Shown: positions 55,475 through 63,297 of the stretch, one piece after another
Position numbering within the stretch: the stretch's first letter is position 1
Layout of the letters: the number at the start of each line of letters is the position of its first letter
NCBI GenBank assembly: GCA_040219515.1
Contig: JAVJSI010000010.1
Span: forward strand, 158,557-222,556
DNA length: 64,000 nucleotides
Source: Acidimicrobiales bacterium
GTDB taxonomy: Bacteria > Actinomycetota > Acidimicrobiia > Acidimicrobiales > Aldehydirespiratoraceae
Reading direction: 5' to 3'
Made by a program: the position numbers and the translations under genes
Notes under the pieces: model-generated
Database searches by the model: none
Told to the model about the DNA's origin: nothing
The model's input: the letters and a program-made list of their open reading frames with translations, nothing else

Positions 55475-56089
55475 TCAGGGACGTTCGCCGACCGACGGCC
55501 CTTCGGTGCGCGTGCGCTTCAGTTCCCAGAAGCCGTCGACGTTCATCATCGCCACCAGCGCATCCCACATCGCAAGGGAGTCCTCGGTGTTCGGCACCTT
55601 CGTGATGACCGGGCCGAAGTAGCCCCGCTTGACCCCGTCGCGATCGTCGAACGCGATGATCGGGGTGCCGACGTCGTCGCCGGTGAGGGCGAGACCCGCA
55701 TCGTGACGCCGCTGGATCTCGGTATCGAATTCGTCGGTGTCGAAGGCGACGGCGTGAGAGGCGGGAAGGCCCACGGCTGCGAGGGCCTCGGCGACCTCGA
55801 AGTCCAACGCCTTGTCGTGATGGATGCGGCGCCCGTACTCCCAGTAGAGGCGAAACACGGCATCTTCGCCTTCGGTGGCGCGCACCGACTCCATGACCCG
55901 CAGGAGGCGGTAGGTCCGATCCACGGGTTCGTAGAACGAACTGTCGGGCTCGGGTGCGTTCTTCAGCTTGAGGCTGATGGGCTGCCACGTGATGTTCAGG
56001 TCACGGGCCGGTGCCACCTCGTCGACGACCCAACGGGCCGTCACCCAGCACCACGGTCAAATGGGGTCGACCCAGAACTCGAGATCCAT
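55475..56089 (-). CDS. Rv2466c-like DsbA-family (mycothiol-type) oxidoreductase with an in-frame TGA replacing the first Cys of the CPWC motif; candidate selenoprotein or pseudogene
   Basis: The minus strand reads ATG GAT CTC GAG TTC TGG GTC GAC CCC ATT TGA CCG TGG TGC TGG GTG…, i.e. MDLEFWVDPI-[TGA]-PWCWVTARWVVDEV…. This aligns with FWFDPLCPWCWITSRW of Rv2466c, and the C-terminus …FWELKRTRTE… also matches. The ORF track only reports 55475-56044, starting from a GTG. Confidence 0.5.
56010..56052 (-). other. SECIS-like bipartite hairpin immediately 3' of the in-frame UGA
   Basis: The lower stem pairs GGUGC with GCACC (nt +8-12 with +46-50 from the U of UGA). The upper stem pairs GACGGCCC with GGGUCGUC (8 bp, one G-U) around a GUU apical loop, whose G is about 23 nt after the UGA. 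Confidence 0.3.
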
Positions 56090-56189
56090 GACTCGGCAGC
56101 GTACCGCCGCGATGTGGGAGCCTTGCCCCGTGGCTGTTCCGGGAACGTCCGAGGTCAGGGTGCGGGCGAGCGACCGGTATTCGCTGCCG

Positions 56190-57443
56190 GTGGTGCGCAG
56201 CATCGTCCGGCGACCGCGGTTGACCGAAGCGCTGTTCGGCCGGACGCGCTGGGGCAACTCCTTCGCGCTCGAGCACCGACCGTGGCCGTACCCGTCCTAC
56301 GAGCCGATGCGGGCCGACGGTGAGGTGGCCTGGAACCCGTGGTTCCAGCAGTGGTTCGTGACGGGCTACGACGAGGCTCGCGAGGTGCTGTCGTCACCTG
56401 CCGTCGAGGTGGCCACCCAGCGCGAAGTGATGCTCGCGGTGAAGCCGCATTCGGCGATGAGCCGGAACTCGAAGGAACTGTTCCGGCACTTCCTGCTCTT
56501 CGTCGACCCGCCCGACCACACGCGGCTGCGCTCGTTGGTGAGCCGGGCGTTCACGCCGAAGCAGATGGAGCGCATCGAGCCCGAGGTCGAACGTCTCGCG
56601 GCGCAACTGCTCGATGATCTCGCTGATCAGCCCGCGCCCGACCTCTTCGCCGGATTCAACGCACCGCTCCCGATCCACGTCATCTCGGTGCTGCTCGGGA
56701 TCCCCGAGGAACGTTGGCCGTTCACCGTCGAGTTGTCGGCCGCCCTCATCGCGTACCTCGACCCCTTCCCCGACTTCGATCCGGTGGAGACCGATGCGAT
56801 CCTGAACCGGGGCGTGCAGTTCTTCGACGACCTCATCGAGGAACGGCGTGTGTCGCCGCAAGACGACCTGATCTCCGCCCTGGTCGCGGTGGAGGACGAC
56901 GACGACCGCCTGTCGCGCTTCGAGACGATCGCAATGGCGATGTTCCTGATGTTCGCCGGTCACGAGACCACCAGCGGATCGCTCGGCAACGCGATGGTGG
57001 CGCTCGCTCGATTTCCGGACCAGCGCGCGCTGATCCGCGACGACCCGGCCTTGTGGCCCAACGCCGTCGAGGAGCTCCTGCGCTGGGATGCGCCGCTGCA
57101 ACTCGACCCCCGCGCCGCACGCGAGGACTTCGAGGTCGGCGGACAGACCATCGAAGCCGGACGGCGGATCATGGTGGTGCTCGGGGCGGCAAACCGCGAT
57201 CCGCGACGCTGGCCCGACGCCAACACCCTTCGCCTCGACCGCGACGACCCCCGGCCGATCTCGTTCGGTCACGGGATTCACCACTGCATCGGTGCGGCGC
57301 TCGCCCGGATGCAGATGCGGATCGGACTCCGAGCGTTCCTCGAGCGGTTCGGCGACTACACGATCGACGAGTCGACCGTGGTCTGGAAGGCGCATCCCGT
57401 CCTGCGAGGGCCAGTGGTGCTCCCGGTCACGCCTTCGCGGTGA
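56190..57443 (+). CDS. Cytochrome P450
   Basis: Heme-binding loop FGHGIHHCIGAALARMQM, EELLRW (ExxR) and AGHETT (I-helix). The start is uncertain: GTG at 56190 or 56193 gives about 417 aa, and the longest-ORF ATGs at 56088 and 56112 are less likely. Confidence 0.85.
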   Translation: MVRSIVRRPRLTEALFGRTRWGNSFALEHRPWPYPSYEPMRADGEVAWNPWFQQWFVTGYDEAREVLSSPAVEVATQREVMLAVKPHSAMSRNSKELFRHFLLFVDPPDHTRLRSLVSRAFTPKQMERIEPEVERLAAQLLDDLADQPAPDLFAGFNAPLPIHVISVLLGIPEERWPFTVELSAALIAYLDPFPDFDPVETDAILNRGVQFFDDLIEERRVSPQDDLISALVAVEDDDDRLSRFETIAMAMFLMFAGHETTSGSLGNAMVALARFPDQRALIRDDPALWPNAVEELLRWDAPLQLDPRAAREDFEVGGQTIEAGRRIMVVLGAANRDPRRWPDANTLRLDRDDPRPISFGHGIHHCIGAALARMQMRIGLRAFLERFGDYTIDESTVVWKAHPVLRGPVVLPVTPSR

Positions 57444-58602
57444 TACCCACTCGGGCGGCGGGGGCCGCCCATTCGGGCCAACGCTCGCGGCTCTTCTGCG
57501 CGAGCTTGTGCATGAGCGCGATGGCGCCGGGGTCGTCGTCGCCGGGGCGGGTCTCGATGACGCCGTCCTTCACCATTGCGTCGATGATCGCCCGACCGAG
57601 TTCGGTGCGCACGATCGTGAGCGTCCAGTCGGTGGCGTCGCCGATCCCACCCGTGGAGATGTCGGCGTGCTCGGCCGCGAAGTCGGGGCAGTGGTGACAG
57701 CCCTCGCGGGTCCAGGCGTGGCATTCCTTGAGGTTGATCTCGTGGTAGCCGCCGTCCTTGGTCCACACCTGGAACACACCCTTGATGTTCATCTTGGCGA
57801 TGTTCTCCTTCTTCAGGCCGTACTTGACCTCGAAGAGTTCATCGAAGAGCGAATCGTCGAACGACTTGGAACACAGGAGCCCGATGTTGAGCTTGATCGG
57901 CTTGGAGACCTTGCCGATCTTGCGATGCCACATGACCGGCGCCACCGAGGTCTGACAGCTCATGCCCACCAGTGCGAGACGTTCGAGTCCCTTCTCCATG
58001 GCCTCGTCGAAGCCCATCGTGTTGGCCGAATACGTGTAGCGACTGCCGGCGCCCCGGAGCACCTCATCGCGATTGGTGGCGACCATGGGGAACGCCTTCC
58101 ATCCGGGGTCGCCGTTGGGCAGGTTCTCCACGCCGGATGTGAGGGCCCCGTCGACGATGTCGTTCTCGAGGCACCAGATGAGGATGGCCGAGACGAGGCC
58201 ACCGTCCTGGCCGATGTCGTAGACGAAGTCGTCGCTGGCCCGCGTGAGGAGGATGTCGGAATAGACCCCGGCCATCTCCTCGGGCTCGCGCTCGCGGCCG
58301 AAGAGGTGGAGGTCGGCTTCCGGTTCCCACGCCCGGAACCGGGGGCAGGCCCGGGTGCACGACGTGCAGCCCTTCTGCCCGTGGACGCAATCATCCAGCC
58401 CGAGCTCCTCCTCGAGATGGAACGGGGTGTAGGCGCCGGGTTCGTGTTCGTAGCCGATGACGTCGTGGGGGCACGAGATGACACAGCCGGCGCAGCCGGT
58501 GCACAGCCCACTCGTGATCACCTCGTCGAACAGCTCTTTCCACTGGTAGGTCCAACGTTCCTTCTTCGCCGGAGCGGTGGGGGTGGAGTCGGTGACGGCC
58601 AT
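57427..58602 (-). CDS. FrhB/FdhB-family coenzyme F420-dependent oxidoreductase beta subunit with an N-terminal 2x[4Fe-4S] ferredoxin domain
   Basis: CTGCAGCVISCP and CTSCTRACP cluster motifs. The FrhB-like core reads …LALVGMSCQTS…, …GLLCSKSF… and …CHHCPDFAAEHADISTGG…. Confidence 0.75.
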   Translation of the reverse strand: MAVTDSTPTAPAKKERWTYQWKELFDEVITSGLCTGCAGCVISCPHDVIGYEHEPGAYTPFHLEEELGLDDCVHGQKGCTSCTRACPRFRAWEPEADLHLFGREREPEEMAGVYSDILLTRASDDFVYDIGQDGGLVSAILIWCLENDIVDGALTSGVENLPNGDPGWKAFPMVATNRDEVLRGAGSRYTYSANTMGFDEAMEKGLERLALVGMSCQTSVAPVMWHRKIGKVSKPIKLNIGLLCSKSFDDSLFDELFEVKYGLKKENIAKMNIKGVFQVWTKDGGYHEINLKECHAWTREGCHHCPDFAAEHADISTGGIGDATDWTLTIVRTELGRAIIDAMVKDGVIETRPGDDDPGAIALMHKLAQKSRERWPEWAAPAARVGITAKA

Positions 58603-58689
58603 GACGCCGAACCTAGTCGCCACTGTCACGAACCAGCGACCTGTCTCGTCATGTGGGCGACGGCACCACGCCGCAATCAGACGAGGAGG

Positions 58690-59976
58690 ATGACGATGAA
58701 CGACGACGCTCACGAGGACCGGTGCGACGTCGCGGTGATCGGTGCCGGGATCGCCGGCCTGAGCGCTGCGATCGAAGCGGCGCGCGGCGGCGCGGTCAGG
58801 CTGCTCGATGCCCGCCGGGACATCGGCGGTCGGGCCCGCACCCGGCACCGCAGTGGGTACTCGCTGAACGAGGGGGCCCACGCGCTCTATGTCGACGGCG
58901 CCGCGATGGCGTTCCTGCGCGAGCTCGGTCGCGAACCCACCGGGGGAGTGCCTGACGCGGGCGCAGGGATCGGCGTCGACGGCGAGCTCGAGGGTGTGTT
59001 CCCGGTGTCGGCCCACTCGTTGCTGCGCACGAGTCTGCTCGAGGGTGACCGTCTGCGGATGGCGCGGCTGCTCGCGGTGCTGCCCCGAATGCGTCCGGGC
59101 CGCTTCGCCGACCGGTCGGTCGACACGCTCATCCGCGAACGGCTGGGTTCGGGGCGAGCCGCTCGACTCGGCCACGCGCTCTTTCGGCTCGGAACCTACG
59201 GCAACGATCCGGTGAGAACGAGCGCCGACGCCGGCCTGACCCAACTCCAGATGTCGCTGCGAGGCGGGGTCCTCTACCTCGACGGCGGATGGCAGCAGAT
59301 GGTCGACACACTGGCGACAGCGAACCGCGACCGGGGCGTCGAGATCCGGCCCGGATCGAAGGTCACCTCGGTCCGAACCGAGGGGTCCGATCACGTGGTC
59401 GTCCACACCGGTGGCGAGCTGCGGGCGCGACGGGTGATCGTCGCGGGGTCACCGGCACTCGCGGCGGAGCTACTCGGTGCCGCCGTACCCGATGTGCGGA
59501 CGTGGGCCGAGGACGCCCGCCCGGCCGCGGTGGCGTCGCTCGATGTCGGTTTTCCCGACCCCTGGTCGGGTCTGCGCCCGTTTGCGCTCGGCATCGACAC
59601 GCCCACGTATCTCTCGGTGCACGCGCCGGTGGCAGACTTGGCGCCCGATGGCCACACCCTCGTGCACGTGATGCGCTACCTCCCGAACGACGAGGAGCCC
59701 GACCGCGATCGTGACCGCGCCGAATGCGAAGCCCTGCTCGAACGGGTGCGACCCGGCTGGCGACATGCGGCCGACCACGTGTCGTTCAGCCCTCACCTCG
59801 TCGCGGCGACCGACCAGCCGTCGGCCGCACGTGGTGGCCTCGTGGCGCGGCCATCGGTGAGCGTTCCGGGCGCCCCCGGGCGCTTCGTCGCCGGCGACTG
59901 GGTCGGCCCCACCGGCACGCTGGTGGATGCGTCGGTGGCGAGCGGTCGCGCCGCCGGGCGGGCGGCGATCGTATGA
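58690..59976 (+). CDS. FAD-dependent oxidoreductase (phytoene desaturase / amine oxidase-like)
   Basis: The dinucleotide-binding motif VAVIGAGIAGLSAA follows GAGGAGGA-ATG. C-terminal …FVAGDW…. Confidence 0.75.
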   Translation: MTMNDDAHEDRCDVAVIGAGIAGLSAAIEAARGGAVRLLDARRDIGGRARTRHRSGYSLNEGAHALYVDGAAMAFLRELGREPTGGVPDAGAGIGVDGELEGVFPVSAHSLLRTSLLEGDRLRMARLLAVLPRMRPGRFADRSVDTLIRERLGSGRAARLGHALFRLGTYGNDPVRTSADAGLTQLQMSLRGGVLYLDGGWQQMVDTLATANRDRGVEIRPGSKVTSVRTEGSDHVVVHTGGELRARRVIVAGSPALAAELLGAAVPDVRTWAEDARPAAVASLDVGFPDPWSGLRPFALGIDTPTYLSVHAPVADLAPDGHTLVHVMRYLPNDEEPDRDRDRAECEALLERVRPGWRHAADHVSFSPHLVAATDQPSAARGGLVARPSVSVPGAPGRFVAGDWVGPTGTLVDASVASGRAAGRAAIV

Positions 59977-60851
59977 CCGCGCTCGACCACTCGGCCCGGT
60001 TCGAGGAGCACCGTCACCATCTCTTCGGCGTGGCCTACCGGATGCTCGGTGGCGTCGCCGAGGCCGAGGACGCCGTGCAGGAGGCGTGGCTACGGTGGGA
60101 CGGCACCGACCGCGCCGCCATCGATCGGCCCCGGGCCTGGCTGACGACGGTGGTGAGCCGGATCGCGATCGATCGGCTCCGCTCGGCCCAGGTCCGCCGC
60201 GAGGCCTATGTCGGCCCGTGGCTGCCCGAGCCGATCGTGACGTCGATCGACGAACCCGCCGACCACGCCGTGCTGGCCGAGTCGTTGTCGATCGCTTTTC
60301 TCGTCATGCTCGAGCGCCTCGACCCGGTCGAACGGGCTGCGTTCCTCCTGCGCGAGGTGTTCGGCCACGACTATGACGAGGTGGCCGCCACCATCGACCG
60401 CTCGCCGACCAACTGTCGCCAGATCGTGCACCGGGCCAAGGCCCGGCTCGGTCCCGACCGGCCGGTCCGCTTCGACCCGGGGCCCGACGAGGAGCGGCGC
60501 CTGCTGGATTCCTTCCTGGCCGCCGCGATCACCGGAGACCTCGACGGGTTGCACGACGTGCTCGCCGAGGACGTCGTGGCGTGGAGCGATGGGGGAGCCA
60601 ACCAGCACGCGGCGCGCCGGCCGGTTCTCGGCCGTCAGCGGGTGGCGCTCTTCGCGAAGGGCATCGCCGGCCGACGCGACGCCATGAACTCAGACGTGCG
60701 GGTGGACCACGTCCGCGTCAACGGAGGGCCCGGGTTCGTCGCCTACGCCGACGGCGAGATCTTCATGACGATGGCCTTCGACCTCGGCCCCGACGGCATC
60801 CGGGCGATCCATTCCGTGCTCAATCCCGACAAGCTCGAACACATCCGCTAG
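59973..60851 (+). CDS. ECF sigma factor with a C-terminal SnoaL-like extension (ECF41 / SigJ-like)
   Basis: Sigma-2 (…HLFGVAYRMLGGVAEAEDAVQEAWLRW…) and sigma-4 (…ERAAFLLREVFGHDYDEVAATIDRSPTNCRQIVHRAK…) regions plus a roughly 110-aa extension. ATGA overlap with the upstream oxidoreductase. Confidence 0.85.
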   Translation: MTALDHSARFEEHRHHLFGVAYRMLGGVAEAEDAVQEAWLRWDGTDRAAIDRPRAWLTTVVSRIAIDRLRSAQVRREAYVGPWLPEPIVTSIDEPADHAVLAESLSIAFLVMLERLDPVERAAFLLREVFGHDYDEVAATIDRSPTNCRQIVHRAKARLGPDRPVRFDPGPDEERRLLDSFLAAAITGDLDGLHDVLAEDVVAWSDGGANQHAARRPVLGRQRVALFAKGIAGRRDAMNSDVRVDHVRVNGGPGFVAYADGEIFMTMAFDLGPDGIRAIHSVLNPDKLEHIR

Positions 60852-61673
60852 CGGTGCGTTCCAGGCGGGGATCGTGTCGGTCGCCGGGTCGTAGCCCGTG
60901 AGCCACTGGGTCATCCACGACGGGTCGGCCTGGCGCGACGGGTGATGGTTCGGCAGCGCGGTGATGGCGATCGTCGGCAGCACCTCGAACGCGAATCCGA
61001 TGCCCCACTTCCAGAGCCGGAACCAGGCGACCGGGCTCAGGATGCGACGCCATGCCGTGAGCTGCACCACCGTTCCGAGGAAGATGAACCAGACCAGCAT
61101 CGCGAAGCAGGTCGCCATCGCGGCGGCGTAGCGCAGACGGCTCCCGCCGGTCGCCGCCCACACGTCGTGGGCCACGGTCTTGTGCTCGACCTCCTCGGCC
61201 AGGTGCCAGAGGATCAGTGTCGACGGAACCTCGTCGGCGCCCCGGAACAGTTCGTGGCGATGGGCGTCCATCCACCGGGCGGCGGCGAACGCGGTGGCCT
61301 CGAACCCGGCCGCGTAGGCGATGGCGAAACGGGATCCGGCCCGCCGTCGCAGGAATCCGTAGGACGCCGCCAGCCATCGTTCGACCCTGCGCAACGCCGG
61401 GTGCTGGGCGATGAGGATGTCGTTGAAGCGGCGGTGCTGGCGGGCGTGTTCGCCCTCCTGGGCCAGGTAGGCCCGCACCCGCTCGGCGAGAACGGGGTCG
61501 TCGATGCCGGCGGCGGCATCGCGCACGGCCGCCATCACGTAGGGCTCGCCGCTGGGCATGCCCAGGCTGAGCGCATTGACGGCCGCGGCGAACTCCGGCT
61601 TGACCGGTTGCCACGCGGCGCGTGTGTCGTCGGGCCATTCGAGACGAATGCGGCGATGGGTCGGCTGCGCCAT
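60690..61673 (-). CDS. Predicted metal-dependent hydrolase family protein (PF10118-like)
   Basis: …YLAQEGEHARQHRRFN… and …WHLAEEVEHKTVAHDVW… are His/Glu-rich helices typical of that family. The ORF runs 162 nt into the 3' end of the sigma gene before its first stop. Confidence 0.55.
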   Translation of the reverse strand: MAQPTHRRIRLEWPDDTRAAWQPVKPEFAAAVNALSLGMPSGEPYVMAAVRDAAAGIDDPVLAERVRAYLAQEGEHARQHRRFNDILIAQHPALRRVERWLAASYGFLRRRAGSRFAIAYAAGFEATAFAAARWMDAHRHELFRGADEVPSTLILWHLAEEVEHKTVAHDVWAATGGSRLRYAAAMATCFAMLVWFIFLGTVVQLTAWRRILSPVAWFRLWKWGIGFAFEVLPTIAITALPNHHPSRQADPSWMTQWLTGYDPATDTIPAWNAPLADVFELVGIEHGMDRPDAVGAEVEGHRHEDLAVGVGDEPGPSVDADVVHPHV

Positions 61674-61732
61674 CTCACCCCATCGGCCGGGTATCGCCGA
61701 TCTGTAGGTCGGACGACCCATACGATCTCCCC

Positions 61733-62212
61733 ATGATCGATTTCGGCAAGAAGATCACCAAGAGCTGTGGCGACGACCTCGAACCGGGCGAGACCGTCCT
61801 GGCCGGCACCTTCGTGCAGCCGGCCGGCGCGATCCGCCGCCAGGTCGCCTATGGCGCGATCGGCGGTGTGATCGGCGCGGTCGTCAGCCAGAAGGCGGGC
61901 GAGAAGCGGGCCAACGAGACCCCCACTGCCGAGGAGGGCATCGTCATCGACATCCCGCCGGGCAAGGCGGTGCTCGGGCTCACCGATCGACGGCTGTTGG
62001 TGTTCGGACACAGCGCCATGACCGGCCGACCGAAGGGACTCAACGCCGCGATCCCGCTCGACCAGGTCGCCGGCGTCACCCACGAGAGCGGCAAGCTCAC
62101 CGGCAAGCTGCTGGTGTCGTTCGCCGACGGCACCTCGATCGACTTCGATGTGGTGAAGACGGCCAAGCCGGGCCCGTTCGTCGACGCGTTTCACGCCACG
62201 ACCGGCCGCTGA
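61733..62212 (+). CDS. Hypothetical protein (PH-domain-like size)
   Basis: 159 aa with high GC3. No motif recognised. Confidence 0.5.
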   Translation: MIDFGKKITKSCGDDLEPGETVLAGTFVQPAGAIRRQVAYGAIGGVIGAVVSQKAGEKRANETPTAEEGIVIDIPPGKAVLGLTDRRLLVFGHSAMTGRPKGLNAAIPLDQVAGVTHESGKLTGKLLVSFADGTSIDFDVVKTAKPGPFVDAFHATTGR

Positions 62213-62213
62213 G

Positions 62214-62285
62214 CGCCCTCGGCAGGACTCGAACCTGCGCTCACGCCTCCGGAGGGCGATGCTCTATCCGCTGAGCTACGAGGGC
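62214..62285 (-). tRNA. tRNA-Arg (anticodon CCG)
   Basis: Manual cloverleaf fold on the minus strand. Acceptor GCCCTCG/CGAGGGC, D-arm GCTC-AGCGGATA-GAGC, anticodon loop CT-CCG-GA, T-arm GCAGG-TTCGAGT-CCTGC. No CCA is encoded. Confidence 0.85.
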
Positions 62286-62323
62286 AATGCCCGCGAGCGG
62301 GCAGGCCGTCACACTACCGACGA

Positions 62324-63184
62324 TCAGCTGTTCGCGTCGTCGGGTTCGTCGAAGTTCTCGTTGCCGTTGCCGTTGCCGTTGCCGGTGTCGGTGTCGGCGG
62401 ATCCGTCGGGGACGTCGTCGCCGCTCACCCATGCTTCGCAGAACGCGACATCGGCGAGCACGCCGCCGCCCATGCGGTCGAGCGCGTCGCCCGGCTCATC
62501 CGGGAAGGGGAAAGCCGGGAGGAACTCGTCGGGGGTGATACGGGAGTCGAGGCACTCCCACTCGAGCGTGCTGAGCGCGAAGGTGTCGAGGTCACCGTCG
62601 TTGGACGCGCCGAGAATGACAGCACCGCCGGCGTCGCAGCCGGCGATGATCCCGACCACACGGTCGCTCACGTCGGGGGCCACGGGCTCCTCATCGGTGT
62701 CGACCCGGGACTGGAAACGCGCCGCGTAGGCCTCCCGCCATGCTTCCACGTAGGCGTTGGTGACGCAGTCGGCCTCGACCGAATGGGTGCCGGGGATGGC
62801 GAGGGCGCCAGGAATGTCGGTTTCGAGGTGGTCGCGCAGGCTGGGACCACAGTCGACCAGGGCATCGGCCAAGGCCGCGGCGAGGTCGCTGCTGACACCC
62901 GAGCCGACACGTGCGGTCATGTCCACACCCTCGAGTTCGGCGAGCGTGAACGCGTCCTCGGCGGTCACGGCATCGACCATGCAGCCGGCGGCGTCGCGGC
63001 TGAGACCGTCTTGCATGTTGGCCTCGATGAGCACGGTGCGCAGGATCGCCTGTTCCACGTCCCAGTTCGGATCGTTCTCGCCGACGGCGCGATCGGCTGC
63101 CGGAGGGGCGGGGTCGGCCCCCCCGCAGGCGGTGCCGAAGAGGGCGAGAACCAGGAGTGCGAGGATCAGTCCGCGAGAACGCAT
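62324..63184 (-). CDS. Acidic lipoprotein with paired Cys residues and a (GN)n tail
   Basis: Signal peptide with lipobox LFGTAC. ATG at 63184. The upstream extension of the ORF is implausible. Confidence 0.6.
   Translation of the reverse strand: MRSRGLILALLVLALFGTACGGADPAPPAADRAVGENDPNWDVEQAILRTVLIEANMQDGLSRDAAGCMVDAVTAEDAFTLAELEGVDMTARVGSGVSSDLAAALADALVDCGPSLRDHLETDIPGALAIPGTHSVEADCVTNAYVEAWREAYAARFQSRVDTDEEPVAPDVSDRVVGIIAGCDAGGAVILGASNDGDLDTFALSTLEWECLDSRITPDEFLPAFPFPDEPGDALDRMGGGVLADVAFCEAWVSGDDVPDGSADTDTGNGNGNGNENFDEPDDANS
62360..62395. repeat. Hexanucleotide tandem repeats (GTTGCC)x4 then (GGTGTC)x2
   Basis: Read directly. They encode the GNGNGNGN / TDTD tail of the lipoprotein on the minus strand. 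Confidence 0.8.
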
Positions 63185-63297
63185 GTTGGACTCATCGGCC
63201 GACTCGATCCGACTCTGAGGAGTCTGACGAGACGGTAGGCTCGGTCGCTCGCCCCTCCCTTCCCGCTCGCACTCTCCCGGCCGAGGCTCTGCACAAC

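Noticed and set aside
55475-56044. Accepting the ORF-track model of the DsbA-like gene starting at GTG 56044
   Set aside because: That model removes the CxxC active site, even though the 10 upstream in-frame codons reproduce the conserved FW.DP. lead-in of the family. The truncated model is retained only as the pseudogene alternative in the main finding.
62214-62285. tRNA-Arg as an integration site for a genomic island
   Set aside because: There is no integrase, no direct repeat of the tRNA 3' end, and no compositional shift on either side. The neighbouring genes abut the tRNA within 1-40 nt.
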